From an uncultured candidate division Zixibacteria bacterium (lineage in GTDB: Bacteria; Zixibacteria; MSB-5A5; UBA10806), in the NCBI GenBank assembly GCA_963817915.1, contig CAWFQL010000011.1, positions 96,001 through 160,000 of the forward strand: a stretch of DNA of 64,000 bases. Reading direction: 5' to 3'. The notes under the pieces are model-generated. The model worked only from the letters and a program-made list of their open reading frames with translations, was not told the DNA's origin and searched no databases. This document shows positions 8,757 through 17,758 of this stretch, piece by piece. Each line of letters starts with the position of its first letter. The first letter of the stretch is position 1. Position numbers and translations under genes: made by a program.

Positions 8757-10781
8757 ATGAAACGAATGATAATTGCTGCGGCAATAATCTTAATGACAGG
8801 GTTATCCTACGCTCAGAATGTCGATTTTCTGTCTTCAACTGCATGGACCGAAGCCAAAGACGTTCGAGTGGCCGGTAATTATGCCTATGTCACTTTCTTC
8901 TCCGGGCTGGGCATATTTAATGTCACCGATCTCGCCCATCCGGTTCTGATTTCCACTATCGGTTTTAGATTCAACGCTCTAAGTATGGATATGGTTGGGA
9001 ATTATCTTTATATAGCAAGTGAAGAAGATGGGCTTAAGATAATTAACGTGACAAATCCTTATACTCCGATACTCGTAGTATCTCGCCCGATCGGGGTCAA
9101 TATCGAAGCCGTTGATGTTTCGGTTTCCGGCAATTATGCCTATATCGCGGCCTTGGCCAACGGAATGTATATTATGGATATTTCCAATCCTGCGTCTCCT
9201 GCCGTGGTTATGCGCTATGATACCCCGGGAGAAACCTGGGGAGTGAAGATTGTCGGCAGCTACGCCTATCTGGCCGATGGCGACAGCCTGCAGATAATTA
9301 ATGTTTTCGATCCGTTGACCCCATTCAGGATTGGCGCGTACGGCAGTGGCGGCTACGCTGTGTCCGTAGCAATACAAAATACTTATGCCTATTTATCGGA
9401 TACATTCAATGGAATGACGATTGTCAATATTAGCAATCCGACCAATCCGAGCTTTGTGGGAAGATATCTCAATCCCCTGGGCGCGTTTGTTAATAAGGTG
9501 CGTGTATCTTCGAATTTCGCGTATCTCGCGGACTATTCCAATGGACTTGAAGTTGTAAGCATCACAAATCCCGGAAGTCCATTTCTATTGGGATCGTATC
9601 TGACTCCGGGTACCGCACGATCTTTATGGATCAATCAAAATTACGCGTTTGTTGCGGATGGCCAGGCTGGCATGGAAATATATAATGTTAATGATCCTTC
9701 CATTCCCATACCATCGGGCAACTTCGAAACATCGTATGTTAAAAAATGCGAAGTATCGGGCAATTACGCCTATTTGGCCACCTGGTCGACCGGCCTGCAA
9801 GTTATTAATATTCAAAACCCCGAGGCTCCCATCTGGTTGGGCTCCGCGAATACGCCCGGAATGGCCGAGGATGTCAAGGTTGTCGGTAATTACGCATTTA
9901 TCGCGGATCGTCAAAATGGCCTGATATCAATTAATGTATCCAATCCTGCCAGTCCTGTAGTGACGGATAATTATGATACCCCTGGATTTGCCAAATCAAT
10001 TGCCATTTACGGAACCTATTGTTATATAGCGGATTACACTTCTATTCAAATTGTCAATATAGGTAATCCGGGGAATCTGGCCGCGGCTGGAAGTTTTGTG
10101 ACTGCCGGCAATCCTGAAGACGTATTTGTCTCAGGAAGTAAACTATTTATCGCGACGTTGAGCGGTGGATGCCTGATTTATAATCTAACTGATCCTATAG
10201 CGCCCGTACTCGAAGGAACTTATACGTCGTCCGGAAATGTAACGGCAGTTGTCGCCGACGGCAATTACGCATATCTCGCTGATGACGTCATTGGAGTTGT
10301 GATAATCAACGTGTTTAACCCGACTACGCCGTTTCTGGCTTCAACATATTCTGTCACAGATCAAATTTCCGATATCTATTTTTCATCCAATTTCCTGCAT
10401 ATCGCGCATAGATACGCCGGCTATACCGTAGTTAATGTCGTCAACAAAGAGCATCCGACGAGAAGCGCGGGCTACGATACGCCGGGGATTGCTGTTGGAG
10501 TATTTGTCTATAATGAGATTTCGTATGTCGCGGATTACTATTCGTTAAACTTGCTTTTCTTCCAGGATTTCAGCCCCGGCGATGCCAATGCCGATGGTCA
10601 GGTTAACGGTCTCGATGTTGTCTATATGGTTAATTACCTAAGAGGCGATTTGCCCGCCCCAGATCCGATCTTAAGAGGAGATGCTAACGGCGATTGTCAT
10701 ACAAATGGGCTTGACGTGACATATTTGGTTAATTATTTAAGGGGCACAGGTTCAGCGCCATTACGCGGCGATTGTCGTTAA
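8757..10781 (+). CDS. Secreted LVIVD-repeat beta-propeller protein with C-terminal type I dockerin
   Basis: Signal peptide and about 14 repeats of V.V.GNYAY.AD...GL.I.NISNP..P. C-terminal duplicated Ca-binding loops GDANADGQVNGLDVVYMVNYL and GDANGDCHTNGLDVTYLVNYL. Confidence 0.9.
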   Translation: MKRMIIAAAIILMTGLSYAQNVDFLSSTAWTEAKDVRVAGNYAYVTFFSGLGIFNVTDLAHPVLISTIGFRFNALSMDMVGNYLYIASEEDGLKIINVTNPYTPILVVSRPIGVNIEAVDVSVSGNYAYIAALANGMYIMDISNPASPAVVMRYDTPGETWGVKIVGSYAYLADGDSLQIINVFDPLTPFRIGAYGSGGYAVSVAIQNTYAYLSDTFNGMTIVNISNPTNPSFVGRYLNPLGAFVNKVRVSSNFAYLADYSNGLEVVSITNPGSPFLLGSYLTPGTARSLWINQNYAFVADGQAGMEIYNVNDPSIPIPSGNFETSYVKKCEVSGNYAYLATWSTGLQVINIQNPEAPIWLGSANTPGMAEDVKVVGNYAFIADRQNGLISINVSNPASPVVTDNYDTPGFAKSIAIYGTYCYIADYTSIQIVNIGNPGNLAAAGSFVTAGNPEDVFVSGSKLFIATLSGGCLIYNLTDPIAPVLEGTYTSSGNVTAVVADGNYAYLADDVIGVVIINVFNPTTPFLASTYSVTDQISDIYFSSNFLHIAHRYAGYTVVNVVNKEHPTRSAGYDTPGIAVGVFVYNEISYVADYYSLNLLFFQDFSPGDANADGQVNGLDVVYMVNYLRGDLPAPDPILRGDANGDCHTNGLDVTYLVNYLRGTGSAPLRGDCR

Positions 10782-10799
10782 TTTTTGTAAGGAGGATGA

Positions 10800-11351
10800 T
10801 TGAAGAAGTTAGTCGCATTATCAGTTATTTTTATGCTATGGGCTAATATTGTCTATGCTCAGAGTGATTCAGCTAAGAAGAAAGAGAATACCTGCTATAT
10901 TGAAAATGTCACCGCCAAGAAGGGGACATCGTTCCCCGTGAAGGTATTCGTAAACAATGTCGACACGCTTGCCGGCATGCAGGTGCCATTGAAATATATG
11001 TCCGAGACTGTGGATCTAAAATGTGATTCAGTATCATTCGCCGGTTCGCGATGCTCGTATTTTGCGCTTTCGTTCCCGATAATTGAACCAATCGGGAAAG
11101 TTGCCTTCTTCTGCTTCATTAATATGGCCGATACAGCCAAAGAGGTTGCGCCGCTTATGCCCGGTGACGGTCAGGTGGCTACTTTGTGGTTTACAGCGGA
11201 TTCGAAGATCAATGCTGGAAAAGTCGATATCCAGGGCGGACCCAAGATTTTTATTCAGGACGACCGCAGAGATTATAGCTGGTTATTCTGGACCCCCCAG
11301 GCGCAGCAGGTGGTCTGCAGATATATACCGGGCACAATTACGATAGAATAA
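10800..11351 (+). CDS. Secreted single-domain cohesin-like protein
   Basis: AAGGAGG RBS and signal peptide. V.AKKG.SFPVKV.VNN...LAGMQVPLKY...L..DSVSF.GSR...PL.PGDG.VATLWF...YIPGTITI fits the cohesin beta-sandwich pattern. Confidence 0.72.
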   Translation: MKKLVALSVIFMLWANIVYAQSDSAKKKENTCYIENVTAKKGTSFPVKVFVNNVDTLAGMQVPLKYMSETVDLKCDSVSFAGSRCSYFALSFPIIEPIGKVAFFCFINMADTAKEVAPLMPGDGQVATLWFTADSKINAGKVDIQGGPKIFIQDDRRDYSWLFWTPQAQQVVCRYIPGTITIE

Positions 11352-11373
11352 TTCAAAGACAATAGCAATTTAT

Positions 11374-11401
11374 GGGGCGCATCCGATGCGCCCTTTTTTT
11401 T
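11374..11401 (+). terminator. Rho-independent terminator
   Basis: GGGCGCAT-CCG-ATGCGCCC followed by T8, between convergent genes. Confidence 0.85.
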
Positions 11402-11414
11402 AGCTGGGTAATAA

Positions 11415-12131
11415 TTACTTTCTAATGAAAATATATGCGATCGCAATAGCGTCCTGCAAAAAATGGGCGAGTATCCCGGGATAAACACTCCTGCGTACAA
11501 TGAATAAACCCGCAAAGAGCAACCCGTATACGAATGTCAACGCCACCCCGGCGGCCCCTTGATACATATGGCCAGTGCTAAATGCCGCCGCCCCAAGTAC
11601 GGCGCCTACCCATTCATTACCTGTGAGGATTCGAATCCTCGTAATTACATACCCTCTAAAGCAAAACTCCTCCGAGAAAGCGGCCCCAAGTGATATTAAA
11701 AGCCAGACGATTCCCTCTGGGATTGTCGAGGGGAGTATGTGCGAAATATCCTTGTCGGGAAGCAGGCCGGAATGGATTATCGCATTGCGCAAGAAGGCCA
11801 TTGAAATGCCCGCGCCTAAGAAAAATATCAGTCCGGATATGGAATTGGATTTGTTCACATCGCTTTTTTCAAACCCTATTTCGCTGATTCGAGAATTTGT
11901 TTTATTCAGAACCAGGATGATTAATAATAAGGTTATCATCTGGATCAGCATTACAGGGAGGTAGATCTGCTCGATTTTGGAGACTATCTCTTTGGGATCA
12001 GTCGATCCGACAAGGTTCAGCGCGGCACTCAGCAACGGATACCCTATGAGAATTCCGAGAAGGAGGTATGCTTGGGCGGGTGGAAGACTCCGGCCGGGTT
12101 TTTCAATATTCTCGGATTTCATTTCATCCAT
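11415..12131 (-). CDS. CPBP/CAAX (Abi) family intramembrane metalloprotease
   Basis: Multiple TM helices, EEFCFRG, FSTGHMYQG, AHFLQD. Start moved to ATG 12131 (TATAAT 6 nt upstream); ORF track start 12155. Confidence 0.9.
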   Translation of the reverse strand: MDEMKSENIEKPGRSLPPAQAYLLLGILIGYPLLSAALNLVGSTDPKEIVSKIEQIYLPVMLIQMITLLLIILVLNKTNSRISEIGFEKSDVNKSNSISGLIFFLGAGISMAFLRNAIIHSGLLPDKDISHILPSTIPEGIVWLLISLGAAFSEEFCFRGYVITRIRILTGNEWVGAVLGAAAFSTGHMYQGAAGVALTFVYGLLFAGLFIVRRSVYPGILAHFLQDAIAIAYIFIRK

Positions 12132-12203
12132 ATTTTCATTATAGTAATAAATCATTGATTATAAAAGCGATTCCATCCTGCCGTTGAATTTATATCCCGG
12201 AAT

Positions 12204-12233
12204 AAAAAAGCCGCCTATTAAAGCATAAGCGGC
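12204..12233 (-). terminator. Rho-independent terminator of the TPR gene
   Basis: Minus strand GCCGCTTA...TAGGCGGC followed by T6. Confidence 0.7.
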
Positions 12234-12259
12234 GTAAATTTCAAATTAAATATACGCTT

Positions 12260-14314
12260 CTATTCATCTACTCCGAGTGCCGTTAAAACCTGCTGCCATT
12301 CGGGGTCTTTCTTGAATTCGAGTCTTGTTGAATAGCTGGCGATATCTTTGAATTTCTCATATGATTTCTTGGAGTTTTTCTTGTCGCCCATCGAGTAGTA
12401 AGCCTTGGCAAGGTATACCTGGGCTTTGGGATCGGCAAAATTTATTTCCTCTGCAGCCTTGAAGGCTTTGATAGCTTCAGGATAATTTTTTTGTTTCAAA
12501 AATGAGTTTCCTAATTTGTAATAGGCGCCCAAATTTTTGTTATCGATTTCAATAACTTTGGAAAAATCCGCGATTGCCTGCTCATATTGTCCGAGGGCGT
12601 AATAAATATCCCCTCTCGAGTAATAAGCCGTAAATGTATTTGGGTTGGCATTGATGACTCCGGTCAGAGCTTCTACCTGAGATTCGGAATCTCCTTTGTC
12701 GGCAGCTATCTTGGCTGCCTGCATGTAAAATGCTGTTGCCTGATCGTGCGAACCCGATAGCTGGAAGCATCTGGCTTTGCCGAGCAGCGCCCCGATATCG
12801 CGGGAATTTTTGTTTAGGACCAAATCATAATATTTGATCGCCAAATTGTAATTGCCCGTAGATTCATTCTCCAATGCCATTTCAGCATAACTCTTGGTTT
12901 TTGACGATTCCTGTCTGGCTTCAGAAAGTTTTATTTTTAGCGAAACCACGCCGTCTTGCTCGATTGTCACATTGCGGGTTTCATCCTGATAGCCTTGTTT
13001 CTTTACGGTCATAGAATATGTTCCGGGCTCGACCTTATATGTATTCGAGCCAATTCCAACCGGCTTGCCATCAAGGTAGACTGCCGCTGATGACGGCTCT
13101 AAATTTAGTTTTAGCGAACCATATGAAGTCTCGGTTTTGATCGCTTTTCTTTGCTCAGGGAGAGTAGATAATCTGTCATCTGAGGGCACGTTATTCGATC
13201 CAATGGGCCGTTCTTTGAGAGCCAGGGTGCTGATCTGATCTTTTAGTACCGTCATTTTCTCTTGAATAACGATCGCGCCATCCTTAACAACCTGTAAAGT
13301 ATATAGCCCCGGCGGCACTTGATCGAATACGAAAAACCCCGCTTGATTGGTCAATGTCTGTTTTCCCAATTCGGGTATTTTTACTATCTGGCCGTTGGAA
13401 GGATGATTATCAGAACCTCCCATTACGGTGCCAACCAATTGACCGTTGCTGCTTGTCCCACCCGCGGAAAAAAGCAATATTAACGCTATAATGAATAATA
13501 CCCCTCCGCCAATGCCGAAATAGAGTCCGGTTTTGGTCTTTGGTCTGGCTTTCACTTCAAATGATTTGTTGTTAATCAATATTTCATCGCCCAATGAAAT
13601 CTTAAGGCCCCCTGCTAGAATCAGACTATTACCTTCCAGATAGATCACTCCTTTTGACTGCCTTAATGTTGAATTGAATGACGATTGCTGAGTAGCTTCC
13701 CTGATTTCCTTTTTTGTCTCATTTTGTCCCAATATTGCGGATGTTTTTTGAGGCGTTTCCAATATTTGGGTTTCGGTATTTCGCTGGTCAGATGAATTTA
13801 TCTGGGATGACGGGATATCGCTTTCAATGGGTGAGGCCGGCATCGTAGTCTGCCGAGCGGTCTCATCGAAATTGCTTTTTGCTGGCGTGGATGGTTCGGA
13901 TATTATCGAGGTCTGGCTTGAATCAAAATCCTCTAATGCTATTTTCGATCCGGATACGCCTTCCGTGATTGTCATTTTGATATTTTCATCGCGATACAAT
14001 GTCAATTCGTTCTCAATCGGCTCTGGTTCGATTTTCTCCCCAGTCTCGTGTTCGGGCTTGGACGTCTCATCGTTTTTCCTGCCCATCACATAATCCATTG
14101 GATCAGATACTCCGATTTCGAGTTCATCACTGTCCTCGACAGAAGTGGATAGCTTGGGGATATTTTTATCTAATTGCGGGGAAGTCCCCGGAATATTTTC
14201 ATTACGTTTTTCATTTGCCGGCGTTTCTGTTTCCAGTTTCAAGGGCTGCTGGCAATTTTTACAAAACATGGCTCCGGCAAAATGATTTTCGGCACCGCAA
14301 TTATTGCATTTCAT
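12260..14314 (-). CDS. Bitopic membrane protein: Zn-ribbon, disordered linker, TM, carboxypeptidase-regulatory-like Ig, PEGA and TPR repeats
   Basis: GGAGG RBS then MKCNNCGAEN...FCKNCQ, an S/T/E-rich linker, TM GIGGGVLFIIALILL, TNQAGFFVF..VPPGLY, PEGA EPSSAAVYLDG...PGTY..TVKKQGY, TPRs (AYYSRG..YY.LGQYEQAI.DF). Confidence 0.85.
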   Translation of the reverse strand: MKCNNCGAENHFAGAMFCKNCQQPLKLETETPANEKRNENIPGTSPQLDKNIPKLSTSVEDSDELEIGVSDPMDYVMGRKNDETSKPEHETGEKIEPEPIENELTLYRDENIKMTITEGVSGSKIALEDFDSSQTSIISEPSTPAKSNFDETARQTTMPASPIESDIPSSQINSSDQRNTETQILETPQKTSAILGQNETKKEIREATQQSSFNSTLRQSKGVIYLEGNSLILAGGLKISLGDEILINNKSFEVKARPKTKTGLYFGIGGGVLFIIALILLFSAGGTSSNGQLVGTVMGGSDNHPSNGQIVKIPELGKQTLTNQAGFFVFDQVPPGLYTLQVVKDGAIVIQEKMTVLKDQISTLALKERPIGSNNVPSDDRLSTLPEQRKAIKTETSYGSLKLNLEPSSAAVYLDGKPVGIGSNTYKVEPGTYSMTVKKQGYQDETRNVTIEQDGVVSLKIKLSEARQESSKTKSYAEMALENESTGNYNLAIKYYDLVLNKNSRDIGALLGKARCFQLSGSHDQATAFYMQAAKIAADKGDSESQVEALTGVINANPNTFTAYYSRGDIYYALGQYEQAIADFSKVIEIDNKNLGAYYKLGNSFLKQKNYPEAIKAFKAAEEINFADPKAQVYLAKAYYSMGDKKNSKKSYEKFKDIASYSTRLEFKKDPEWQQVLTALGVDE

Positions 14315-14358
14315 ATAATCTATCCTCCGGTCTGGTTTACGGACAAAAGTCATTATTT

Positions 14359-14385
14359 TTATCGGAAGAATTCTCAAACCCTTTA
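14359..14385 (-). promoter_or_regulatory. Sigma28 (FliA/SigD)-like promoter
   Basis: Minus strand TAAA-N15-TCCGATAA, one mismatch to TAAA-N15-GCCGATAA, about 45 nt before the start codon. Confidence 0.6.
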
Positions 14386-14592
14386 CCTAAGTATGTCAAT
14401 TAGCTGGGGTTAAGCTATTGAGGATAAAAGCGAATTTATCATATTCCTTCATTTTAGACCGGCTAAATTGGTATTAATATTGCTATTAATCTAACTATGC
14501 TAAATGGTGAATTAAATCGTATCTTCAACGCCATAATTGCAAATAATACCTTGACTTATAGAGATTTTATGTTAAGTTTAATCGGGCGAAAA

Positions 14593-16131
14593 ATGAAGAT
14601 GTTTGTATTGAAAATCCTTCCGCTCTTCCTGCTATTATTTACTGATAACTATTTTATTTCTATTCCCAAAGATATCAATGAATGCACTATCGGTGTTTTC
14701 TCCGGTCGGGTTACAAGCGACGGCAGACCGCTGTTGTGGAAAAATCGGGATGTAACCAATGCGGTTCAAAAATTCTGCTTTTATCGCAGAAGTCCCGACA
14801 GCCAGGGGACAACCTATGGCTATTTGGGCAATGTTTTTTCATCCGATACCACCAAAGTTTACATGGGACTTAATGAAGCCGGATTCGCGATTATGAATTC
14901 CAATTCATATAATCTTGGCGACTCTGTCAGCAGGGGATATACCGATGGCGATTTAATTCGAATCGCCCTTGAAAGATGCGGCTCTCTTAGCCAATTTGAG
15001 TCCCTATTGACTGAAACAGGAATCGAAGGCAGGAGAGACTGCTGGAATGTCGGTGCGTTCGACGCTTCCGGGAATGTCGCCATGTATGAAGTGGCCAACA
15101 GGAGCTTCGCCAAATTCGATGCCAATGATACGGCCAATGGATGCCCCGGGTATGTCGTAAGGGCAACATTTAGCCTAACCGGCGGCAGCAATCACGATGG
15201 TGAGCCTCGTTTCAAAAGGGCGACACATCTGGTCAATGAGTATTTACAAAGCAGCTTGATCGATGCGAAGTATATTCTGCAAACATTATCCCGCGATCTT
15301 TCAAATCCGCTCGAAAATCCATACCCATTGCCGTATAACGGCTCGCAAAATGGTAAGCCTGCCGGATTTATACTGGCTCGCGATATCACTATCAATCGCA
15401 CTATTACCCGTTCGGTAGCGGTGATGAGAGGCGTATTACCTGGTGAAGACCCTGCGCTGGCGACAATATATGGAGTTATCGGGCCTCCGGTGATCTCAGT
15501 TGCATATCCGATGTGGGTAAAATCAGGGTCTGCACCGTCATTTATAAATGCCGGGAACGAAGTCCCGATGTATAATCAGGTCCAACGCCATATGAGCAGA
15601 TTATATTCGATATCCAATGACAATACTTACCTGGATAGTCGTTACTTGGTAGGCAAAGATGGCATAGGTATGTATTCTTATATTTTACCATTAGAATCCG
15701 CGATTTTGGATCAGGTTGATGAATATTTATCCGACTGGCGGCAGCAGGTTCCGTCTACCGAAGAATTCGCATTTGTCCAACATCAAATGGCAGGTACTAT
15801 TTATAATAGCTATTGCGATATACCTCTCGATTTCCAGAGGATCGTCGAAGAGCCGATGGCAAAGATAGCTTTGAGCTGCTATCCGAATCCATTTAATCAA
15901 AATACGAACATCTCGGTCGCCAATTATGAGGGGGATAACCCCGTGAATATTTCAATCTACAATATCCTCGGCGAAAAAGTAAGACGCTTTGGCCTCAATA
16001 CGAGTACGGATCAGAATATAGCATGGGATGGGAAAGACGATAACGGCAATTCGTTGAGTTCTGGAGTATATCTTATTGTCGCTTCCAATAATATTAGCTC
16101 CAAGTCCATCAAATCGGTATTGCTTAAGTAA
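14593..16131 (+). CDS. Secreted Ntn-hydrolase (C45/acyl-CoA:6-APA acyltransferase-like) with FlgD-Ig/T9SS-type C-terminal domain
   Basis: E-CTIGVFSG..T.DGRPLLWKNRD (N-terminal Cys nucleophile context), MGLNEAGFAIMNS, C-terminal YPNPFN...WDG.D..G..LSSGVY. Start estimated (ORF track 14497). Confidence 0.8.
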   Translation: MKMFVLKILPLFLLLFTDNYFISIPKDINECTIGVFSGRVTSDGRPLLWKNRDVTNAVQKFCFYRRSPDSQGTTYGYLGNVFSSDTTKVYMGLNEAGFAIMNSNSYNLGDSVSRGYTDGDLIRIALERCGSLSQFESLLTETGIEGRRDCWNVGAFDASGNVAMYEVANRSFAKFDANDTANGCPGYVVRATFSLTGGSNHDGEPRFKRATHLVNEYLQSSLIDAKYILQTLSRDLSNPLENPYPLPYNGSQNGKPAGFILARDITINRTITRSVAVMRGVLPGEDPALATIYGVIGPPVISVAYPMWVKSGSAPSFINAGNEVPMYNQVQRHMSRLYSISNDNTYLDSRYLVGKDGIGMYSYILPLESAILDQVDEYLSDWRQQVPSTEEFAFVQHQMAGTIYNSYCDIPLDFQRIVEEPMAKIALSCYPNPFNQNTNISVANYEGDNPVNISIYNILGEKVRRFGLNTSTDQNIAWDGKDDNGNSLSSGVYLIVASNNISSKSIKSVLLK

Positions 16132-16159
16132 GCAGTATCGCGAAAATTTAATTAGATTG

Positions 16160-17746
16160 ATGTTCAAATTGAATAATTGTGATAGCCGCAATTGCCTCAT
16201 TTTGGGGATTGCCTTTTTCGTGGCGCTATTTGTATCAGCATTCAATATCGCTCGATCGGAGAAAAGACTTGGCGAAGATGGAGAATGCACAATAGCGGTT
16301 TTCGGAGGAACATCGACAAGTGATGGCAGACCGATTATTTGGAAAAATCGGGATGTCTATGATCATGATCAAAGATTCATCTATTATTCTTCATACATTA
16401 GAAATGGAATATCCACGATTCCTTTTATCGGCAATGTTTATCGCAGCGACACGACACGGGTGTATATGGGAGCCAATGCCGCCGGTTTTGCGATAATGAA
16501 TTCCGATTCATATAATTTGGATAACTCCAATCCGGGGCCGATCGATGACGGTACATTAATGCGCCTCGCACTGGAAACTTGCGCCTCATTGTCGGATTTT
16601 GAGATGCTTCTTGATTCTACGAACAACATAGGCAGACATTTTTGCTGGAATTTCGGAGTGCTGGATTCAAGCGGAGCATGCGCCCTATACGAATGCTCTG
16701 ATCGGCAATATATTAGATTCAATTCCTTTGACGAATCCAATCCTGTTCCAGGCATCATCGTAAGATCCAATTTTTCTCTCTCGGGCGGCTCTACGCATTC
16801 CGGGCAGAATCGATATGACAATGCGGTCAGGCTATGTCGTGAGAGGCCAAATCCTCCAGGTATCGACGTAGAATTTGTTGCGGGAAGAATGGCCCGCGAC
16901 TTAAATAATAATTTCGACAATCCTTATCCATTGCCGTACCATGGAGTCCAGGCAGGAGGGCCACCAGGATATATCTATGATATAGCCGGCACAATTTCCA
17001 ACCGCTCAACCTCATCAGCAGTCGTGATCAGGGGCGTTCTGCCCGATGAGAACCCATCGATGACAACCATTTTTGCGATCTTGGGGCCGCCAATATTATC
17101 TGTCGCTTTTCCATTATGGGTCGCATCTGGATCCGTGCCTGAATGCCTGTCATTTAGGGATGGGGCATTAATCAACTTTTCAATTTTGCCCCGACGCGAT
17201 ATTTTATACTCAAATAATGACGCCCGCCTATTTCTGAATAGCCAGTATCTATTTGATGATCAAGGCAGGGGAGTCTATTCTTACACATTGCCCCTCGAAC
17301 GATGGGGGATTAATGAATCCACGCGCCTCATAGATGGCTGGCGCAATAATCCGCCGGATGTTGCGGGAATTGGGGCCGAACAAAACAGAATCGCGTCGAT
17401 TATATTTACCGGATATCAATTTGGCACAACCGAATATATTGATGATTACGATAATCAGCCGATTTCATCCAGATCTACCGCAATTCTTGTCAATTATCCG
17501 AATCCATTCAATGATAAGACCACAATTTATTTTAGTGATCCGGGCAACCTTCAGTCCCCTACGGTTAATATTTATGATATGCTCGGACGTTTTGTGAGGC
17601 GATTGAAATGCAATGCTATCAACGCCGGTTCTGTCGAATGGGACGGTAACGATGAAATGGGTAATTGCATTGGCTCTGGAATATACTTATATTCCATAGA
17701 TGCCGAGCAACGACGAATTTCGAATAAAATGATTTTACTTAAATAA
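16160..17746 (+). CDS. Paralogous secreted Ntn-hydrolase with FlgD-Ig/T9SS-type C-terminal domain
   Basis: E-CTIAVFGG..TSDGRPIIWKNRD, VYMGANAAGFAIMNS, NPYPLPY, NYPNPFN...KMILLK. Collinear with the upstream gene. Start estimated (ORF track 16076). Confidence 0.8.
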   Translation: MFKLNNCDSRNCLILGIAFFVALFVSAFNIARSEKRLGEDGECTIAVFGGTSTSDGRPIIWKNRDVYDHDQRFIYYSSYIRNGISTIPFIGNVYRSDTTRVYMGANAAGFAIMNSDSYNLDNSNPGPIDDGTLMRLALETCASLSDFEMLLDSTNNIGRHFCWNFGVLDSSGACALYECSDRQYIRFNSFDESNPVPGIIVRSNFSLSGGSTHSGQNRYDNAVRLCRERPNPPGIDVEFVAGRMARDLNNNFDNPYPLPYHGVQAGGPPGYIYDIAGTISNRSTSSAVVIRGVLPDENPSMTTIFAILGPPILSVAFPLWVASGSVPECLSFRDGALINFSILPRRDILYSNNDARLFLNSQYLFDDQGRGVYSYTLPLERWGINESTRLIDGWRNNPPDVAGIGAEQNRIASIIFTGYQFGTTEYIDDYDNQPISSRSTAILVNYPNPFNDKTTIYFSDPGNLQSPTVNIYDMLGRFVRRLKCNAINAGSVEWDGNDEMGNCIGSGIYLYSIDAEQRRISNKMILLK

Positions 17747-17758
17747 GGAGTCGATTTT

